Positions 52,776 to 52,984 of a stretch of DNA of 52,984 nucleotides are shown in pieces. The notes under the pieces are model-generated. The model saw only the letters and a list, made by a program, of their open reading frames with translations, was not told the origin of the DNA and searched no databases. The stretch covers positions 1 through 52,984 of IMG/VR virus record IMGVR_UViG_3300031885_000019; one strand, written 5' to 3'. A program made the translations under genes and the position numbers. The DNA is from a virus. Taxonomy: Duplodnaviria > Caudoviricetes. How positions within the stretch are numbered: the stretch's first letter is position 1; every line of letters starts with the position of its first letter.

Positions 52776-52860
52776 CAGGGCCGGAAGAAGTTTCAACCTC
52801 CGGGGCGGCCGGGCCATCGGCCCGTAAAGGGCCGCCCCGAACTGTTAGAAGGGAGAGAGG

Positions 52861-52984
52861 ATGACGACGTTCGCCAACCTACAGGCGGCTGTTGCTCTCA
52901 GGTGCCATGATTCTGGTAGCCTGGAGTTGACGGCTGCTTCTTATGGGATACTTCTGAATCAAGCAATCGACGACCTCACGGCCG
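52861..52984 (+). CDS. Head-tail adaptor-like protein (truncated by the window edge)
   Basis: MTTFANLQAAVALRCHD...LLNQAIDDL; RBS GAAGGGAGAGAGG. Confidence 0.55.
   Translation, partial: MTTFANLQAAVALRCHDSGSLELTAASYGILLNQAIDDLTA

Noticed and set aside
1-52984. Alternative genetic code or specific host assignment
   Set aside because: Core genes are uninterrupted in code 11 and use all three stops; the host cannot be named without searching the attP core.

Overview
The whole window is part of a GC-rich (roughly 60% by eye) tailed dsDNA phage genome, probably temperate and seen in its unintegrated attP form. No host genes are recognisable. The left ~30 kb is transcribed leftward (- strand). It starts at an AT-rich, repeat-rich non-coding block near 30.2 kb and runs through many tiny early genes, an SF2 helicase carrying an intein, a methyltransferase, DnaB, primase, SSB, RecA, an HD hydrolase, a Cas4-like nuclease, RuvC, a UDG-PolA fusion, nucleotide-metabolism genes, a GH25-like lysin and a TerS-like gene. 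The centre (31.7-34.1 kb) holds a tyrosine integrase whose 5' end contains the 3' part of a tRNA-Asn (attP). It is flanked by three promoter-driven structured non-coding segments and has no recognisable repressor gene. The right ~19 kb (+ strand) is a podovirus-like virion module: TerL, portal, a giant internal protein, scaffold, SU10/DUF5309-type major capsid, accessory proteins and the start of a head-tail adaptor. Most notable observations: (1) a candidate ~130-nt sRNA antisense to the phage's own extended Shine-Dalgarno leaders, suggesting RNA-based immunity; (2) an intein whose endonuclease is encoded in a different reading frame, with its own promoter and RBS inside the intein; (3) attP splitting the integrase start from its catalytic body; (4) two further structured RNAs; (5) an antisense HNH gene bracketed by inverted repeats between the capsid RBS and the capsid gene. 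All calls come from manual motif reading; no searches or folding programs were run.
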